64,000 bases of DNA from Veleropilina oligotropha (lineage: Eukaryota). Positions 46,401 through 60,417 of this stretch are shown here, piece by piece. Where the stretch lies: the NCBI GenBank assembly GCA_048128005.1, contig JBEUKZ010000054.1:434001-498000 (forward strand). The letters run 5' to 3'. Each line of letters starts with the position of its first letter. The stretch's first letter is position 1. The notes below the pieces were generated by a model. It ran no database searches. It saw nothing but the letters and a program-made list of their open reading frames with translations, and was not told where the DNA came from. Position numbers and translations under genes: made by a program.

Positions 46401-49400
46401 TCGAAGCGTCTGTGAACAGGTAAGCGTTCGGCTCTGGCGGGGATATAGGAACCGACTGGTCCGGCAAAGCAGGGTTCAACCACACTGCTGTTGTGCTGGT
46501 AAACCAATGCCGAAGATCGATGCGATCCGTCCACTGCCCCGTCCGTTGTATCCAGCGATCCCTGAACGCCTGTTGTAATGGTCGTTTGTCCATTGACCCG
46601 TCGGTAGCAGGGTCGCTACCGACTCGAAGTGCCCCAGGACAGTGGCCAGTTGTCGCGCTGTAGTTATGTCCGATGACAGGGTGTCTTGGATAACCGCGTG
46701 TAGGTTCCGCATACGTTTCTGGGTCGGTTTCGCGGTGTACCGGACCGTATCGAAGTCGACCCAGAGAAACGTAAACGTCGTCGAGGGCACGAAGCCGGAT
46801 TTTGTCTCGTTGATCTGAAATCCCAGGCGCTTCGTTGATGACAGGGTAAAGCTCGTAGACCGGAGGCACAGATCTCGGGACGCCCCGAGGATCAGCCAGT
46901 CGTCGAGGTATATATGTACCCTGAGCCCTAGAGAGTGTAGGAAGGCTCCGAGGGCCTGTACTGTTCTCGTGAAGACGTACGGGGCTGACGATAGACCGAA
47001 CGGTAGGCACCTGAATGGTAGATCGTCTCCCCGTGTATAAACCGAAGGTACTGATGAGCCGTGATATGCATCGGGACATGCAGATACGCGTCGGTCAGAT
47101 CGATAGACGCTGCCCAGTCGTCCGGACGGATGGCCGCTCGTATCTTCGAGAGGGTTTCCTGCTGGAATTTCTCGGTACGAAGATAGTAGTTGAGATACGA
47201 GAGATCGAAGATCGGTCGCTAGCGGCCATCGGGATTCGGGACCAGGAAGAAATGGCTGTATTATCCTGGTGTGCTGGGCGGCGCGGGATATATTGCTCCT
47301 TGAGGAGTAGGTCCCGCACTGCCTGGTCTAAGACCGCTCGCTTCTCTCCGTTTAGGAGGCGAGCGTGTCTTGGTGGTGGTGCCTCGTTTAGGGTCGGATG
47401 CCGGTTGAACCAACTTGTATCCGGCGCTCACGACGGAGGGACCCAGCTACTGTCTGGTAGTCTAGCCACGGCTGGCTGTACGCTAACAGATACGCTTCCA
47501 CCGGCGGAAGCGGGCAGCTGGGACTGTCGTGTGTGCCGGCAGCCCTAGGGCCGAGGCTTCCCTCTCCCGCTCTGACGGGAGCTTGTTGGAGGTGCTTGCC
47601 TCTTCGGAGTGGGTTAATGGCCGGGGGCCTACCACCAGAAGAGGGCCATGCACGCTTGGAAGGCTTCGGGGTCCGGGTGGGCCCTGAATGCTTCCTCAAG
47701 TCGGCCGGTGGACCCCCGGGGGGTGCAGCACCGCCTACTCGATGGTACGGTCCGTCAGGTCCGCCGCTCTCTGTCGACGAATTCCGAGAAATCGTCGGCA
47801 AATAGAGTGGTGGCCGAGCAAGGCACGCATCGCAATGAGCGCCGGGTGGCCTCAACTAGCGAGGTGTCTTTCAGGCAAGCGTCCCTACGAAGTAGGTGTT
47901 ACCCAGGACACGTCCCGTCTCCAACGCGTTGGTCTCCATAACGGCAGCAACCTCCTGGAGGAAGGACAGGGCAGCCCACGGGCGCCGGGTCCATCCTCCT
48001 GTAATACGGCTATCGTCCCGTCTAGGAAAAATCCTGAACGGACGACGGCCGCAGAGCCCATCGGGCGGAGCTCTCGAAAGCTTCCAAGGCGAACCCAGGA
48101 ACTCTCGCTACAGAGGGAGTGTGACTGGCGGTCAGTCAACGCAACGCTGCGTCAACACGAGCCGGCTCAGTCGCCGAAGGGTACTCGGTCAGTGGCGAGG
48201 ACTCCACCGGATTGCGCCCCCGACTGAGCTTGGTTGTCGAGTCAACACCAGATCAACCAGCCCAGACTGAGGTAAGGAAGGAAGCAAGGGGGCTTCCTTC
48301 TCAACAAACCGATGCGCCGCCGTCCTGTGCTTGACCGGGCCTACATACGACCGAGTCGGTTCCGGTCGGTCAAGCACCCCGCGAAGTGATGCAACAGCGT
48401 CGAGTTCGGCGGGTGGTGGAGGTCGGCTCCTGCGTGCCTGGAAGACTACCAGCGTCTTCGGGTCCGACCGATACAGGGAGGTCGGAGTGACTGGAGTCGA
48501 GGTCCTCGTCGGAACGAGGTTCGATCCCCACCACGGAGTTAGGAGCCATGCTCTGCGCCACAGGCAGAGGTGTAGGTACCTGGAGCGGCTAGGAAGCCGG
48601 TTGCCAGGCCCGACATCGGGACTCGAACTCCGCCGCGAACATAGCCTGGACGTTCTCCAAAGAGAAACCCGGAGGCATGACGGGCGTCGAACTAACAGCC
48701 GGTAGTTCGGTCGAAGTCACCGTGGCGCTAGGCAGACGGGCTGCATGGACAGGTGTAGCCGAGAACCAGGGTCTCGGGACACGTGTCGAGTGGTCGAACC
48801 CGAAAGAACGGCCCGGAGGCGCGTTCGGTGGGCCGGACGACCGGTAGGACTGCGGCAACAGTCCGTATCGGTCTACCACTCTGTTCGCGAGAGGCACGGT
48901 CGGAAAACCGCCGTAGAACTCCTCACCGAACGCAGCCAGTCTGTCCACGTTCTCTAGCGTGACCATCGTGGGTGCACGGGAGAGAACGGGCCTCTGAAAA
49001 GCTCGTGAGCATCGAGGTTGAGCGGAAAACCCCTAGGGGTAGTCGCGTCGGTCTCGACCGAGGATTCAGGTGTCGCCAATTGTCCGGATCTTAGACCATC
49101 GTAATGGTGTCCGGCCTCTTTAAAGGCTTTCTCATTGGGTCGCTCCCCGTCGTTAAACGGAGAGTTTCCCACAGAAGGACTAACTGTCCCCTATTCTTCG
49201 AGGCCGAAGAAAAGGATGGGGAATGTCTGCCCTGTTCAGCGGTTCGCTGCGTTGCCAGATATACCTTGCTAGCCGGCAAGGTATGGTTGGCTGCAGTTAC
49301 TAGGCCCGTTTTAGGAGGATCGAACAGCACTCGGGCTCCTACCTGAATCTGGGGTCCCGGCAAGGTTACGGCGACTCCCCCATGAGTCGCGGAGGTTACG

Positions 49401-50663
49401 CCGGTAGATCCGGCGACAGACGGCCCTTTAAGGTCTACTGTCGTCCAGCGTCCCTGAAGTAGACAAAAAAACGTTAATTCCCTTTAACCTACCATTTTGT
49501 CCCTTCTCGGGGGAGAACCCACCGTGGTAACCGCACTGGTCGGCGTCATCGGTGGATATATGATCGCCCACTGCCTGCTGTTAAATCTAGGCACAGTTCA
49601 CATTTATAAGACTTACTGTCAGTTACGGTGAACACGGCATTCCGTGCGCCTAGAAATCCGTGAAACTTCGGGTTACACCCGGAGTTGCACCGGACCATAC
49701 TTCCCTCTCCCTGAATACACGGGAGGGTAGTAGTGGGTGGAACGGGGTAGTTAAAAGTATATATTTGGTAGTTGTGACTATTTACTATGACAACTCTTAA
49801 AATTGCCCTGATCTGAAGATCAAAGATCGGGCGATATACCGCAAAAAACCCCGAACTGGGAACACCGAGGCCGGGTAATAACCCGGCACGACCCGGTAAA
49901 AAACCCGGCAAATTGACTAGAACAAACGGGGGTTCTCTCTTAGAAAAAACCGCCCAGAAAAACACCTGAAAACCTCGTGGATGTTTTTATGTTAGTACAA
50001 TTGTGTATTATCCCAGAAAAACGCAAGCGTGATATCTAAACGATCCTGCCTATTAACGACGCTAGAATTTTTATACAATAATAACCAGCAATAGCGTCGT
50101 TAAGGAATTATCCAATATAATGAGTTACCTGTTTGCAGTCTCAAACAATATCAGATAAAAATACCGACCAGAAATTTCTTCTTATTACACGAAACTTCCC
50201 CTCTGAGCGGCCATGCTTTTCCCTGCAACAGCGGCGATGTCGGTTTCACTTGATTTTCAGAACTTCTCGAAGTTTAGAATCACAATCTACCCTATTCACT
50301 TGTGTTAGATCTATCCACAACACAGCGTATATTCCACAACTTATAACTATGTATTTAGTTATAATAGCGTCCTCGATTTAAACATATAAATCGTAGACAA
50401 ATTCGAAATATTTGCGGAGCAAAAACACGTCTTTCCGTCTCGGCGGAAAACTTTGAATTGAGGTCTTGTGATCTCGAGCTCGGATATCTCGCGAGACTTG
50501 GCGAGATCTCGCCGGGGGAACTTAGAGAGCGGGAGCAGGGGAGGTAATCGTAGTGCGTTTTGACTTAATAAGGGCTTAATGTGACATTATTCACTGTTTC
50601 CGGTTGGCGATAATATGACTATTATGACAAGAGTAAGGACGTAAGTATGTTTGTAACTACATA
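43415..50663 (-). mobile_element. DIRS1-group retrotransposon, decayed (family B, copy 1)
   Basis: ITRs at about 43450-43650 and 50450-50650, ICR at about 43708-43800. Frameshifted RT/RNase H/MT/YR homologous to family A. Inserted in the 28-bp satellite without TSD. Confidence 0.93.
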
Positions 50664-53096
50664 GAGAGAATAGATGGTGATGATGCTGAAAGAGGGAATA
50701 TATGGTGATGATGCTGAAAGAGGGATTAGATGCTGATGATGCTGAAAGAGAGAATAGATGGTGATGATGCTGAAAGAGGGAATAGATGGTGATGATGCTG
50801 AAAGAGAGAATAGATGCTGATGATGCTGAAAGAGAGAATAGATGGTGATGATGCTGTAAGAGGGAATAGATGGTGATGATTCTGAAAGAGGGAATAGATG
50901 GTGATGATGCTGAAAGAGAGAATAGATGGTGATGATGCTGAAAGAGGGAATAGATGGTGATGCTGAAAGAGGGAATAGATGGTGATGATGCTGAAAGAGA
51001 GAATAGATGGTGATGATGCTGAAAGAGGGGATAGATGGTGATGATGCTGAAAGAGAGAATAGACGCTGATGATGCTGAAAGAGGGAATAGATGGTGATGA
51101 TGCTGAAAGAGGGAATAGATGCTGATGATGCTGAAAGAGGGAATTGACGGTGATGATGCTGAAAGAGGGAATAGATGCTGATGATGCTGAAAGAGGGAAT
51201 AGATGGTGATGATGCTGAAAGAGGGAATATATGCTGATGATGCTGAAAGAGGGAATAGATGGTGATGATGCTGAAAGAGGGAATAGATGGTGAAGATGAT
51301 GAAAGAGGGAATAGATGGTGATGATGCTGAAAGAGGGAATAGATGCTGATGATGCTGAAAGACAGAATAGATGATGATGATGCTGAAAGAGGGAATAGAT
51401 GCTGATGATGCTGAAAGAGGGAATAGATGGTGATGATGCTGAAAGAGGGAATAGATGGTGATGATGCTGAAAGAGGGAATAGATGGTGATGATGCTGAAA
51501 GAGGGAATAGATAGTGATGATGCTGAAAGAGGGAATAGATGGTGATGATGCTGAAAGAGGGAATAGATGGTGATGATGCTGAAAGAGAGAATAGATGGTG
51601 ATGATGCTGAAAGAGAGAATAGGTGGTGATGATGCTGAAAGAGAGAATAGATGGTGATGATGCTGAAAGAGAGAATAGATGGTGATGATGCTGAAAGAGG
51701 GAATAGATGCTGATGATGCTGAAAGAGGGAATATATGGTGATGATGCTGAAAGAGGGAATAGATGGTGATGATGCTGAAAGATGGAATAGATGGGGATGA
51801 TGCTGAAAGAGGGAATAGATGGTGATGATGCTGAAAGAGAGAATAGATGGTGATGATGCTGAAAGAGGGAATAGATGGTGATGATGCTGAAAGAGAGAAT
51901 AGATGGTGATGATGCTGAAAGAGGGAATAGATGGTGATGATGCTGAAAGAGAGAATAGATGCTGATGATGCTGAAAGAGAGAATAGATGGTGATGATGCT
52001 GAAAGAGAGAATAGATGGTGATGATGCTGAAAGAGGGAATAGATGGTGATGATGCTGAATGAGAGAATAGACGGTGATGATGCTGAAAGAGGGAATAGAT
52101 GGTGATGATGCTGAAAGAGGGAATAGATGGTGATGATGCTGAAAGAGGGAATAGATGGTGATGATGCTGAAAGAGGGAATAGATGGTGATGATGCTGAAA
52201 GAGGGAATAGATGGTGATGATGCTGAAAGAGGGAATAGATGGTGATGATGCTGAAAGAGAGAATAGATGGTGATGATGCTGAACGAGGGAATAGATGGTG
52301 ATGATGCTGAAAGAGGGAATAGATGGTGATGATGCTGAAAGAGAGAATAGATGCTGATGATGCTGAAAGAGGGAATAGATGGTGATGATGCTGAACGAGG
52401 GAATAGATGGTGATGATGCTGAAAGAGAGAATAGATGGTGATGATGCTGAACGAGGGAATAGATGGTGATGATGCTGAAAGAGGGAATAGATGGTGATGA
52501 TGCTGAAAGAGGGAATAGATGGTGATGATGCTGAAAGAGAGAATAGATGCTGATGATGCTGAAAGAGGGAATAGATGGTGATGATGCTGAAAGAGAGAAT
52601 ATATGGTGATGATGCTGAAAGAGGGAATATATGGTGATGATGCTGAAAGAGGGAATAGATGGTGATGATGCTGATAGAGGGAATAGATGGTGATGATGCT
52701 GAAAGAGGGAATATATGGTGATGATGCTGAAAGAGAGAATAGATGGTGATGATGCTGAAAGAGGGAATATATGGTGATGATGCTGAAAGAGGGAATAGAT
52801 GGTGATGATGCTGACAGAGGGAATAGATGGTGATGATGCTGAAAGAGGGAATAGATGGTGATGATGCTGAAAGAGGGAATAGATGGTGATGATGCTGAAA
52901 GAGGGAATAGATGGTGATGATGATGAAAGAGGGAATAGATGCTGATGATGCTGAAAGAGAGAATAGATGGTGATGATGCTGTAACAGGGAATAGATGGTG
53001 ATGATGCTGAAAGAGGGAATAGATGGTGATGATGCTGAAAGAGAGAATAGATGGTGATGATGCTGAAAGAGGGAATAGATGGTGATGATGCTGAAA
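50663..53096. repeat. 28-bp satellite block 2, about 87 units
   Basis: Same unit, between the two family B DIRS copies. Confidence 0.97.
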
Positions 53097-56000
53097 TGAG
53101 GTTTTTAATTAAACCTAATATTAGTTAAAACATACTTACGTCCTTACTCTTGCCATAATAGTCATATTATCGCCAACCGGAAACAGTGAATAATGTCACA
53201 TTAAGCACTTATTAAGTCAAAACGCACTACGATTACCTCCCCTGCTCCCGCTCTCTAAGTTCCCCCGGCGAGATCTCGCCAAGTCTCGCGAGATATCCGA
53301 GCTCGAGTTCACAAGACCTCAATTCAAAGTTCAGAACCCCAGAGGAACTTAGTAGAGGGGAGGAATGCGAAACGCAGGGTGGGTAATCGTAGTAAGGACG
53401 TAAGTATGTTTTAACTAATATTAGGTTTAATTAAAAACCTCATATGTAGTTACAAACAAACTTACGTCCTTACTCTTGCCAGAATAACCTTGGATAGGTG
53501 GGTAAGAAGTTCCTTACAACAAACCCAAACAAGATAATGACTTACTTTTCACCATTTCAATCAGCATGAAGCGTCGATTGTGTCCGCCCAGAGTGGAATT
53601 TTACTGAGTATTATATTCTACTCTTACCAAGCGAGAATTTAGACCAGTGTTACCGGGAGAATACGCCGTGGTGATAGTCGGACGAGGTGAACGGAAGTGC
53701 AATCAGCCCCAGGCATGGCCGGAAGGATTATCCTTGTAGGTCTTACGTGTCATGGGCCAGTGGCAGCCAATTGGTACTCCGGGCCATAGGCCGGTAGCCA
53801 GAGGATGCAGTCGGATTTGTAAGCACACGGAACCTAACAGGTTGTGAAAGCATCAAATCAAAAGCAAAGAATTAATAGATTAAATAAATAATCGATATTA
53901 AAAGTGATTCGCATGACCAACTTGCGAAACGCTAACATGTACGACATGTCACTTAAAATAAATTTTTAAGGAAGCAAATATGTACGACATGTTACTTAAA
54001 ATAAATTTTAAGGAAGCAAATATTAAAATTTTTTCAATGTATTGAACATCGTATGTTCGATTACAGCATAGAACATCAATAATATTGAACCTCAAATCCT
54101 TTAAGATTTTCGCAATATAGTTGTTTTATTAAATTCAATGTGATCTGGCTTGTCAATATACTCAGGTATGACATGAAGTACAAAATCTTAAAATGTTTTT
54201 AAGAAATGAACAGACATTGAATCGCCTCATATGTGTCTATTTCATAGAACAGCTAGGCCAACAAATAACATTGCGTCAGCAAAAATTATGTAAATTGATA
54301 AATCAAGAAACAATACTCACTGATTAGACGACTTCGGTCTAACAATACATCGTTGAGCAGTTACTATGTAGACTGCACAATCCATCAGCCGCATGGAATA
54401 ATCCCACAGAAAAGGCTTAATAAAGACATTTTGAGAAGCAACGCTGAGATGTGAATCTGCGAAAGCACGGACCTCGTGTGCGCGGATCGATACAATAGTG
54501 CGTGCGGCCTACTTTTCACAGCGAGAGTAGTCTCTCACTACCTGTGAAAACCTCCGCGAAACAGTCGTCTACGTAATGTCGCGGATATAAGAAGGTAAAT
54601 ACGAATAAAATATACGTAGTTTTCCCTGCCGCGTATCACGGATCCTGTCGAGGTAGTAACGTAGGCACGCATATGACAGGTACATCGGTCCACATCGGGT
54701 CTCTGACCAGCGTAAAGCTTGGGGATAACGATATCGGGTACATCTTCGTTCGGCCGTAGATTCTTGGCGAGGAAACCCACGATATGACGCCGCATCACTG
54801 ACCCGTCGACTGGAAACGAACGTCTCGTAGCTCTGCGGATAGACTATGAAATACGGAACAACGCCTGCCCGACGCTAAGGTGATCAGAAAAAACTGTTTT
54901 GTGCGTTAAGTTCCTCATAGAGGTCGAGCCCATAGGCTAGTACGGGTAGAAAGAGAGCGTTAAGAATGAGAGCGATGTTTCAGGCTGGCCGTATCGTACG
55001 GGTCGAAATTTTGAGTTCGAAGGATCGCAGAAATCCAAATCGTTCGGTCGCTAGGTAGGCTACCACGGGCACGGCACTCGCGACCGTTGCCCGATAGCTT
55101 TGACGGCGGACACTGACATACCGCGTTCAAAGAGCGACGATGAAAACTCAATAAACGTGTTCACAGGGGGGCGGAGTATATTGACCTGCCGGCTGTGACA
55201 CCAATCCACGTACTTAACCCATCGGTAGTCATAAACTTTAGTCGTGGAAAGCCTTCTCGATCGGTAGATGCGTAGGGCTGTTGCGCGAGAAATTCCTTTC
55301 TTAGCAAGGGATCGTTCGATAACCGCCAGGCGTGTAAACGTAAGTCGTTCGGCGATGTTGTAATACACGGCTGCGCGCCTGCATTAACCGGCCCGGTCTC
55401 TGCGGGAGCGATAACGGTCGGTCGACGATCAGATCGAGGAGGGTCGGAAACCAAGGTTGCGTGCGATATAGGGGCGCGATTAGCGTTATCTGCAACGTTC
55501 GTTCGATGCCTTCTGTAATACCAGTGTTAGAATGCACGACGGGGGGAAGGCATACGCGGACAGATTCTCCCATGTCATTGACAGTGCGGCGACCGCTAGG
55601 GCGGCCGGGTCCGGGTACGGGGAGACATACAGAGGTAGTCGGTAATTCAATTCTGTTGCAAACAGATCGACTTGGGGTTGTGACCACCGGCGACAAACGT
55701 CCCGAGCTACTCGGCTGTGTAGCGTCCACTCTGTGTGTATTATCTGTGATTTCCGAGAGAGCGAGTCCGCTCTGACATTCAGCTTTCCCGGGATGTGTCG
55801 GGCTCGAATCGTCGAGATGAGGGACATCACTAGGCGGTGTAGGTCTATTGCTCGGTCGCAAAGGGGACGCGAGCGAGTGCCGCCCTGGTGCTGGATGTAA
55901 GCGACGACAGTCGTGTTGTCCGTGGCGAGCATTATGTGCTTGTTGCAGAGATGTGACGAGAGGGACCATACTGACAGGTAGACGGCTTCTAACTCTAGGA

Positions 56001-59000
56001 AGTAGATGTGTCGTCCCTGAAGGTCCGTCGGCCATAGGCCTGATGTCTCGTAACTGTCGAGGTGACCACCCCAGCCGTCGTTCGAAGCGTCTGTGAACAG
56101 GTAAGCGTTCGGCTCTGGCGGGGATATAGGAACCGACTGGTCCGGCAAAGCAGGGTTCAACCACACTGCTGTTGTGCTGGTAAACCAATGCCGAAGATCG
56201 ATGCGATCCGTCCACTGCCCCGTCCGTTGTATCCAGCGATCCCTGAACGCCTGTTGTAATGGTCGTTTGTCCATTGACCCGTCGGTAGCAGGGTCGCTAC
56301 CGACTCGAAGTGCCCCAGGACAGTGGCCAGTTGTCGCGCTGTAGTTATGTCCGATGACAGGGTGTCTTGGATAACCGCGTGTAGGTTCCGCATACGTTTC
56401 TGGGTCGGTTTTGCGGTGTACCGGACCGTATCGAAGTCGACCCCGAGAAACGTAAACGTCGTCGAGGGCACGAAGCCGGATTTTGTCTCGTTGATCTGAA
56501 ATCCCAGGCGCTTCGTTGATGACAGGGTAAAGCTCGTAGACCGGAGGCACAGATCTCGGGACGCCCCGAGGATCAGCCAGTCGTCGAGGTATATATGTAC
56601 CCTGAGCCCTAGAGAGTGTAGGAAGGCTCCGAGGGCCTGTACTGTTCTCGTGAAGACGTACGGGGCTGACGATAGACCGAACGGTAGGCACCTGAATGGT
56701 AGATCATCTCCCCGTGTATAAACCGAAGGTACTGATGAGCCGTGATATGCATCGGGACATGCAGATACGCGTCGGTCAGATCGATAGACGCTGCCCAGTC
56801 GCCCGGACGGATGGCCGCTCGTATCTTCGAGAGGGTTTCCTGCTGGAATTTCTCGGTACGAAGATAGTAGTTGAGATACGAGAGATCGAAGATCGGTCGC
56901 TAGCGGCCATCGGGATTCGGGACCAGGAAGAAATGGCTGTATTATCCTGGTGTGCTGGGCGGCGCGGGATATATTGCTCCTTGAGGAGTAGGTCCCGCAC
57001 TGCCTGGTCTAAGACCGCTCGCTTCTCTCCGTTTAGGAGGCGAGCGTGTCTTGGTGGTGGTGCCTCGTTTAGGGTCGGATGCCGGTTGAACCAACTTGTA
57101 TCCGGCGCTCACGACGGAGGGACCCAGCTACTGTCTGGTAGTCTAGCCACGGCTGGCTGTACGCTAACAGATACGCTTCCACCGGCGGAAGCGGGCAGCT
57201 GGGACTGTCGTGTGTGCCGGCAGCCCTAGGGCCGAGGCTTCCCTCTCCCGCTCTGACGGGAGCTTGTTGGAGGTGCTTGCCTCTTCGGAGTGGGTTAATG
57301 GCCGGGGGCCTACCACCAGAAGAGGGCCATGCACGCTTGGAAGGCTTCGGGGTCCGGGTGGGCCCTGAATGCTTCCTCAAGTCGGCGGGTGGACCCCCGG
57401 GGGGTGCAGCACCGCCTACTCGATGGTACGGTCCGTCAGGTCCGCCGCTCTCTGTCGACGAATTCCGAGAAATCGTCGGCAAATAGAGTGGTGGCCGAGC
57501 AAGGCACGCATCGCAATGAGCGCCGGGTGGCCTCAACTAGCGAGGTGTCTTTCAGGCAAGCGTCCCTACGAAGTAGGTGTTACCCAGGACACGTCCCGTC
57601 TCCAACGCGTTGGTCTCCATAACGGCAGCAACCTCCTGGAGGAAGGACAGGGCAGCCCACGGGCGCCGGGTCCATCCTCCTGTAATACGGCTATCGTCCC
57701 ATCTAGGAAAAATCCTGAACGGACGACGGCCGCAGAGCCCATCGGGCGGAGCTCTCGAAAGCTTCCAAGGCGAACCCAGGAACTCTCGCTACAGAGGGAG
57801 TGTGACTGGCGGTCAGTCAACGCAACGCTGCGTCAACACGAGCCGGCTCAGTCGCCAGGCACGGACCAGTACATGCGAACGGGATCGAACGCGAACTGGC
57901 CCGGAGGTACCTCCAACTACGGAACCCCGAAGGGTACTCGGTCAGTGGGGAGGACTCCACCGGATTGCGCCCCCGACTGAGCTTGGTTGTCGAGTCAACA
58001 CCAGATCAACCAGCCCAGACTGAGGTAAGGAAGGAAGCAAGGGGGCTTCCTTCTCAACAAACCGATGCGCCGCCGTCCTGTGCTTGACCGGGCCTACATA
58101 CGACCGAGTCGGTTCCGGTCGGTCAAGCACCCCGCGAAGTGATGCAACAGCGTCGAGTTCGGCGGGTGGTGGAGGTCGGCTCCTGCGTGCCTGGAAGACT
58201 ACCAGCGTCTTCGGGTCCGACCGATACAGGGAGGTCGGAGTGACTGGAGTCGAGGTCCTCGTCGGAACGAGGTTCGATCCCCACCACGGAGTTAGGAGCC
58301 ATGCTCTGCGCCACAGGCAGAGGTGTAGGTACCTGGAGCGGCTAGGAAGCCGGTTGCCAGGCCCGACATCGGGACTCGAACTCCGCCGCGAACATAGCCT
58401 GGACGTTCTCCAAAGAGAAACCTGGAGGCATGACGGGCGTCGAACTAACAGCCGGTAGTTCGGTCGAAGTCACCGTGGCGCTAGGTAGACGGGCTGCATG
58501 GACAGGTGTAGCCGAGAACCAGGGTCTCGGGACACGTGTCGAGTGGTCGAACCCGAAAGAACGGCCCGGAGGCGCGTTCGGTGGGCCGGACGACCGGTAG
58601 GACTGCGGCAACAGTCCGTATCGGTCTACCACTCTGTTCGCGAGAGGCACGGTCGGAAAACCGCCGTAGAACCCCTCACCGAACGCAGCCAGTCTGTCCA
58701 CGTTCTCTAGCGTGACCATCGTGGGTGCACGGGAGAGAACGGGCCCTCTGAAAAGCTCGTGAGCATCGAGGTTGAGCGGAAAACCCCTAGGGGTAGTCGC
58801 GTCGTCTCGACCGAGGATTCAGGTGTCGCCAATTGTCCGGATCTTAGACCATCGTAATGGTGTCCGGCCTCTTTAAAGGCTTTCTCATTGGGTCGCTCCC
58901 CGTCGTTAAACGGAGAGTTTCCCACAGAAGGACTAACTGTCCCCTATTCTTCGAGGCCGAAGAAAAGGATGGGGAATGTCTGCCCTGTTCAGCGGTTCGC

Positions 59001-60417
59001 TGCGTTGCCAGATATACCTTGCTAGCCGGCAAGGTATGGTTGGCTGCAGTTACTAGGCCCGTTTTAGGAGGATCGAACAGCACTCGGGCTCCTACCTGAA
59101 TCTGGGGTCCCGGCAAGGTTACGGCGACTCCCCCATGAGTCGCGGAGGTTACGCCGGTAGATCCGGCGACAGACGGCCCTTTTAAGGTCTACTGTCGTCC
59201 AGCGTCCCTGAAGTAGACAAAAAAACGTTAATTCCCTTTAACCTACCATTTTGTCCCTTCTCGGGGGAGAACCCACCGTGGTAACCGCACTGGTCGGCGT
59301 CATCGGTGGATATATGATCGCCCACTGCCTGCTGTTAAATCTAGACACAGTTCACATTTATAAGACTTACTGTCAGTTACGGTGAACACGGCATTCCGTG
59401 CGCCTAGAAATCCGTGAAACTTCGGGTTACACCCGGAGTTGCACCGGACCATACTTCCCTCTCCCTGAATACACGGGAGGGTAGTAGTGGGTGGAACGGG
59501 GTAGTTAAAAGTATATATTTGGTAGTTGTGACTATTTACTATGACAACTCTTAAAATTGCCCTGATCTGAAGATCAAAGATCGGGCGATATACCGCAAAA
59601 AACCCCGAACTGGGAACACCGAGGCCGGGTAATAACCCGGCACGACCCGGTAAAAAACCCGGCAAATTGACTAGAACAAACGGGGGTTCTCTCTTAGAAA
59701 AAACCGCCCAGAAAAACACCTGAAAACCTCGTGGATGTTTTTATGTTAGTACAATTGTGTATTATCCCAGAAAAACGCAAGCGTGATATCTAAACGATCC
59801 TGCCTATTAACGACGCTAGAATTTTTATACAATAATAACCAGCAATAGCGTCGTTAAGGAATTATCCAATATAATGAGTTACCTGTTTGCAGTCTCAAAC
59901 AATATCAGATAAAAATACCGACCAGAAATTTCTTCTTATTACACGAAACTTCCCCTCTGAGCGGCCATGCTTTTCCCTGCAACAGCGGCGATGTCGGTTT
60001 CACTTGATTTTCAGAACTTCTCGAAGTTTAGAATCACAATCTACCCTATTCACTTGTGTTAGATCTATCCACAACACAGCGTATATTCCACAACTTATAA
60101 CTATGTATTTAGTTATAATAGCGTCCTCGATTTAAACATATAAATCGTAGACAAATTCGAAATATTTGCGGAGCAAAAACACGTCTTTCCGTCTCGGCGG
60201 AAAACTTTGAATTGAGGTCTTGTGATCTCGAGCTCGGATATCTCGCGAGACTTGGCGAGATCTCGCCGGGGGAACTTAGAGAGCGGGAGCAGGGGAGGTA
60301 ATCGTAGTGCGTTTTGACTTAATAAGGGCTTAATGTGACATTATTCACTGTTTCCGGTTGGCGATAATATGACTATTATGACAAGAGTAAGGACGTAAGT
60401 ATGTTTGTAACTACATA
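53096..60417 (-). mobile_element. DIRS1-group retrotransposon, decayed (family B, copy 2)
   Basis: Near-identical to 43415-50663, with the same junctions and the same lesions; retains 72 bp missing from copy 1. Confidence 0.93.

Noticed and set aside
43415..60417. Two independent targeted DIRS insertions into the satellite
   Set aside because: Shared lesions and duplicated flanking variant order show one insertion followed by duplication
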